Positions 44,103 through 47,272 of a DNA stretch of 47,272 nt are shown here, piece by piece. The notes under the pieces were generated by a model. That model was not told the origin of the DNA and searched no databases. It was given only the letters and a program-made list of their open reading frames with translations. The stretch comes from a virus (Duplodnaviria; Caudoviricetes): positions 1 through 47,272 of IMG/VR virus record IMGVR_UViG_3300016667_000048; one strand, given 5' to 3'. Position numbers and translations under genes: made by a program. Each line of letters opens with the position of its first letter. Position 1 is the stretch's first letter.

Positions 44103-44603
44103 ATGGCAGCAAACAAGAAACCACGCAAGAAGTATCGCCCCAAGGGTCAGTGGGCCAGCCCTATGGAGTACGTCAAAGAGAACCTTAGCATTCTCTCTGA
44201 GTGGGACCCGGATTACGTTCGCGAGATACGTCTCAAAGACCATAGCGCTATGGTTGCAGTGCAACAAGGTACTGCTACACGCAAGGATATGGACTTCATC
44301 TCGGCAACCTATAACGTAGTGTTCGCTCTTTGGAAAATCTTGGAGCTTCCTGACGAGGCTAAGGGTGAGATGGCGCGTACCTTGTATATGGCTAACCATG
44401 CATTCACTCAAGCCTGCGCCCGAGCCAATGAAATCAAGCGCGTAGTGTGCAACGCGGAAGAACTGCGAGCATTCAACGACCTCATCGCCCTTAACGATAA
44501 CCTGCTGGATGTCGTGACGGTCAAGCAGTGGGGCGATGCCCTGCTGTGGGCAAAGAACCACGCCTACAAAACCAAGGCAAACAAAGAAGGAGTTCCTGCA
44601 TGA
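44103..44603 (+). CDS. Conserved phage helical protein
   Basis: KKPRKKYRPK N-terminus; GAGG RBS. Confidence 0.75.
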   Translation: MAANKKPRKKYRPKGQWASPMEYVKENLSILSEWDPDYVREIRLKDHSAMVAVQQGTATRKDMDFISATYNVVFALWKILELPDEAKGEMARTLYMANHAFTQACARANEIKRVVCNAEELRAFNDLIALNDNLLDVVTVKQWGDALLWAKNHAYKTKANKEGVPA

Positions 44604-44836
44604 AGTTTCGCAAGAAACCTGTAGTCGTGGAGGCTACGCAGTGGTTCAAGGATGGCGACCATCCAGCGGTGCGACCCTCGCGGTTCACCCAAGTAACCAA
44701 GCGCTTAGGGGTGATCGACACCTTAGAAGGTGAAATGGTCGTAACCCCCGGCGACTGGATCATCACCGGCATCAAGGGCGAGCACTATCCGTGCAAGCCC
44801 GATATTTTCGCAGCAACATATGAGGTAGCAGCATGA
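44600..44836 (+). CDS. Conserved small phage protein (RKKPVVVEA...PCKPDIF family)
   Basis: Probable start MKFRKKP. TLEG, PGDWII and YPCKPDIFAATYE. Confidence 0.8.
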   Translation: MKFRKKPVVVEATQWFKDGDHPAVRPSRFTQVTKRLGVIDTLEGEMVVTPGDWIITGIKGEHYPCKPDIFAATYEVAA

Positions 44837-45291
44837 CCGTGAGCAAGATCGTAGAGTGGCACCGCCGTGCCCGCCCTACTCCGGATGCGCAAGCATTCAA
44901 TGTTCAGTTGGGTTGCCATCTGGAGGAGATTGTCGAGATGCTGGACACGCTGGTTTTCAAAGACCTCTCGGGGCAGTGGTACCAGCAACCGATTGCAGGT
45001 AGGGAGATGAGCGTTCGCGCCAAGCTGCACCGACTGGCTACGGAACTGAAGTCGGGCAACGTGGTGGGCTACATCGAAGACCGTGAAGGCTTCCTCGACT
45101 CGCTGGCTGACCAAGTGGTTACTGTGCTTGGTGCCGGTCACTGCGCAGGCATGGACGTTGAGGAAGCCGTCAAGCGAGTGGACGATTCCAACTGGACTAA
45201 GTACGTTGGCGGTCGCCCGCAGTTCGATGAGAACGGCAAGATAAAAAAAGGCCCGGACTACAAGGCACCCGATCTGAAAGGCTTGTTCTGA
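44833..45291 (+). CDS. MazG-like all-alpha NTP pyrophosphohydrolase
   Basis: EEIVE, DSLAD, SNWTK and GKIKKGPDY. Confidence 0.8.
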   Translation: MTVSKIVEWHRRARPTPDAQAFNVQLGCHLEEIVEMLDTLVFKDLSGQWYQQPIAGREMSVRAKLHRLATELKSGNVVGYIEDREGFLDSLADQVVTVLGAGHCAGMDVEEAVKRVDDSNWTKYVGGRPQFDENGKIKKGPDYKAPDLKGLF

Positions 45292-45599
45292 TGAGCTACA
45301 CCCCACCCGACCGGGCACCCATGTGGAACATCAACTCACCGCAGCCCGACCTGAACGAGCAGAAGAAGTTACCCACTAAGTCTGATGGCAGCACTGCCAG
45401 CTACTACGAAATCCCTCTGGGTTCTACGCAGTTGCAAGACCTGATTAGCTACCGGAATCTCAACGCGCAAATGGGAGAAATATTCCGTGCGTGTTACCGC
45501 TACGGGCATGTCGAGCATAGCCCCAAGATTCGCGACATTAAGAAGATCATCTTCTACGCGCAAGCTGAACTAGCCCGCCTTGAGAAGTACGGAGAGTAA
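45291..45599 (+). CDS. DUF3310-like protein (putative nucleotide kinase family)
   Basis: GSTASYY, GEIFRACYRYG and DIKKIIFY. Confidence 0.55.
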   Translation: MSYTPPDRAPMWNINSPQPDLNEQKKLPTKSDGSTASYYEIPLGSTQLQDLISYRNLNAQMGEIFRACYRYGHVEHSPKIRDIKKIIFYAQAELARLEKYGE

Positions 45600-45601
45600 A
45601 C

Positions 45602-45865
45602 ATGCCTAAGCTAACGGAACCCGCCTATTCAAACCATCACAGGCCCAATCGAAAACCTCTGCGTAGCCTTAAAGAGTTGGCAGAGAGTTTTGGAGTATCG
45701 AGTACGCGGCTAGCTGGGTTGCTTGGGGCGCATAACGGCCCTAAGCATAAGTTGCAGAACAAGAGCCCAAGGGTTACGTGGTTCGACCCAGATGAAGTCC
45801 GAGCATGGTGGAAGTCTTTACCTGACGAGGTACGCAGTGGCAGCAACTCCGGAAGCCAAGGTTAA
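45602..45865 (+). CDS. Small HTH (excisionase-like) DNA-binding protein
   Basis: SLKELAESFGVS...WFDPDEVRAWW. Confidence 0.6.
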   Translation: MPKLTEPAYSNHHRPNRKPLRSLKELAESFGVSSTRLAGLLGAHNGPKHKLQNKSPRVTWFDPDEVRAWWKSLPDEVRSGSNSGSQG

Positions 45866-46187
45866 GGCCCGCATACATGCCGCCCTCAAAGCGGCAGGTG
45901 CGTATGCTGTGAACTACATCGGTGGGCAGTACGCCAAGAACGGCACCCCCGACATTCTGGCCTGCCTAGAAGGCAGGTTCATCGGTATCGAAGCCAAGGC
46001 GGGGCACAACAAGCCCACTGCCCTACAGATCAAGGCATTGCGGGAAATCGATGAGGCGGGTGGGTTGGCGCTGGTTATCAACGAAGGTAACCTAGACTTC
46101 TTGAAGGAGTACCTGAAAGATGTCCACAACGCCCGATCCAATTACAGCCTTTTTGCAAGCCCACAAGAAGACCTTGAGCAAAGCTGA
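45837..46187 (+). CDS. VRR-NUC nuclease (Holliday-junction-resolvase-like)
   Basis: Probable GTG start. PEAKVK, GTPD, GIEAKA, PTALQ and AGG. Confidence 0.88.
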   Translation: MAATPEAKVKARIHAALKAAGAYAVNYIGGQYAKNGTPDILACLEGRFIGIEAKAGHNKPTALQIKALREIDEAGGLALVINEGNLDFLKEYLKDVHNARSNYSLFASPQEDLEQS

Positions 46188-46267
46188 AGAAGCCAAGCTA
46201 AAGGACCGCATACGCCATCGCAAGGCGTATGCGAAACGTACAACAGACGCAAAGTGGAGAGAAGACG

Positions 46268-47272
46268 ATGCCAAGAATAGTAGTATGTGATATCGAAACT
46301 TTTTATGACAAGCAGTACAGCCTGAGCAAGATGACTACCGAAAGTTATTGCCGTGACGAACGCTTTCAGATCATCGGTGCAGCCTTCAAGTGGGACGATG
46401 CGCCGACCGAGTGGGTCGCTGGCCCCGAGGCAGTGGCTGAGTACGTGCGTAGTGTGGACTGGATCGACACGGTCATCGTGTGTCAGAACACAGCCTTTGA
46501 CGGTTTTATCCTTGCCAGCTATTTCGGGGTAAAGCCTCTTGCATGGCTGGACATCATGGGTATGAGCCGCGCCCTGTTTCCGCACGAGAAGTCGCATAGC
46601 CTCTCTGCCCAAGCAACGCGCACTGTTATAGGTGCCAAGGGTGATGAGGTGCTGAACGCATTAGGTAAGCGCTACGAGGACTTCACGCCGGAGCAGTTAT
46701 CCAAGTACGGCGAGTACTGCATCAACGACGTAGAACTAACCCACCAGCTTTTCCACCTCTACATGGCGATGGGCTTTCCTAAGAAAGAATTGAAGCTGAT
46801 TGACCTAACTTTGAGGATGTTCATCGACCCGGTGCTGGTGCTGGACCGCGACATGTTGGTCGGGCATTTGCTCAAGGTACGGTCACGCAAGCAGGAACTC
46901 ATGGAGCGCGTGCGCGATAACCTGCTGGCAAACGCTGACCCGGATACGCGCCAGACTGTGTTCGACGCAGGGCTGGAAGGCGTTCGCACGCTGCTTATGT
47001 CCAACCCCAAGTTTGCCGAAGCTCTGCGTGGTTTGGGCGTGGAACCACCCACAAAGATCAGTCCGACCACGGGGAAAGAAACCTTCGCGTTTTCCAAGAC
47101 CGACGAGGCATTCAAGGCGCTGGAGGAACACCCGAACGAGGATGTGCAGGCACTGGTCGCTGCGCGTCTGGGCACCAAGTCCACCATCGAAGAGACCCGA
47201 ACGGAGACTCTGATGGACTACGCATCACGTGGTTTGTTCCCTGTGGCTCTCCGTTACTACGGGGCTCACACG
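46268..47272 (+). CDS. Family A DNA polymerase, N-terminal 3'-5' exonuclease part; truncated at the window edge
   Basis: Read manually: MPRIVVCDIETFYD (ExoI), QNTAFD (ExoII), YCINDVELT (ExoIII), AFSKTD and ARLGTKSTIEETR. Confidence 0.85.
   Translation, partial: MPRIVVCDIETFYDKQYSLSKMTTESYCRDERFQIIGAAFKWDDAPTEWVAGPEAVAEYVRSVDWIDTVIVCQNTAFDGFILASYFGVKPLAWLDIMGMSRALFPHEKSHSLSAQATRTVIGAKGDEVLNALGKRYEDFTPEQLSKYGEYCINDVELTHQLFHLYMAMGFPKKELKLIDLTLRMFIDPVLVLDRDMLVGHLLKVRSRKQELMERVRDNLLANADPDTRQTVFDAGLEGVRTLLMSNPKFAEALRGLGVEPPTKISPTTGKETFAFSKTDEAFKALEEHPNEDVQALVAARLGTKSTIEETRTETLMDYASRGLFPVALRYYGAHT

Noticed and set aside
45602-45865. Excisionase implying a temperate lifestyle
   Set aside because: No integrase, repressor or att-like site is visible in the window, and an HTH alone is insufficient evidence.
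1-47272. Stop-codon reassignment, introns or inteins
   Set aside because: Core genes are intact and tightly packed under the standard code, with normal sizes for terminase, portal, capsid protein and ThyX.

Overview
The window is a large part of one tailed dsDNA phage genome with a podovirus-type gene order. The host is probably a Proteobacterium (inference). No integrase or repressor is visible. The left arm (1-28.6 kb, minus strand) is the morphogenesis region: small and large terminase, portal, a GroES-like co-chaperonin, scaffold, Mu-gpT-like major capsid protein, small basic virion proteins, adaptors, three beta-helix tailspikes, a lambda-R-type endolysin with a holin, a tail nozzle and ejection proteins. 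The right arm (29.2-47.3 kb, plus strand) holds early and replication genes: a MoxR-like AAA ATPase, an HExxH-vWA partner, acidic proteins, many small ORFs, ThyX, a MazG-like NTP-PPase, VRR-NUC and a family A DNA polymerase cut off by the window edge. The most unusual signals are these. (1) Nine co-oriented DnaA boxes, three of them perfect TTATCCACA, lie at the divergence point. (2) Both early promoters are followed by an rrn-like hairpin plus boxA, and one drives a ~340-nt highly structured non-coding leader. (3) A DDxxD isoprenoid-synthase-like ORF sits between the ejection-protein genes. (4) A recurring [FY]-[AK]-x-G-G motif marks internal virion proteins. (5) One tailspike cassette is bracketed by 67-bp perfect direct repeats. 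All family calls come from motif recognition by eye, and no searches were run.
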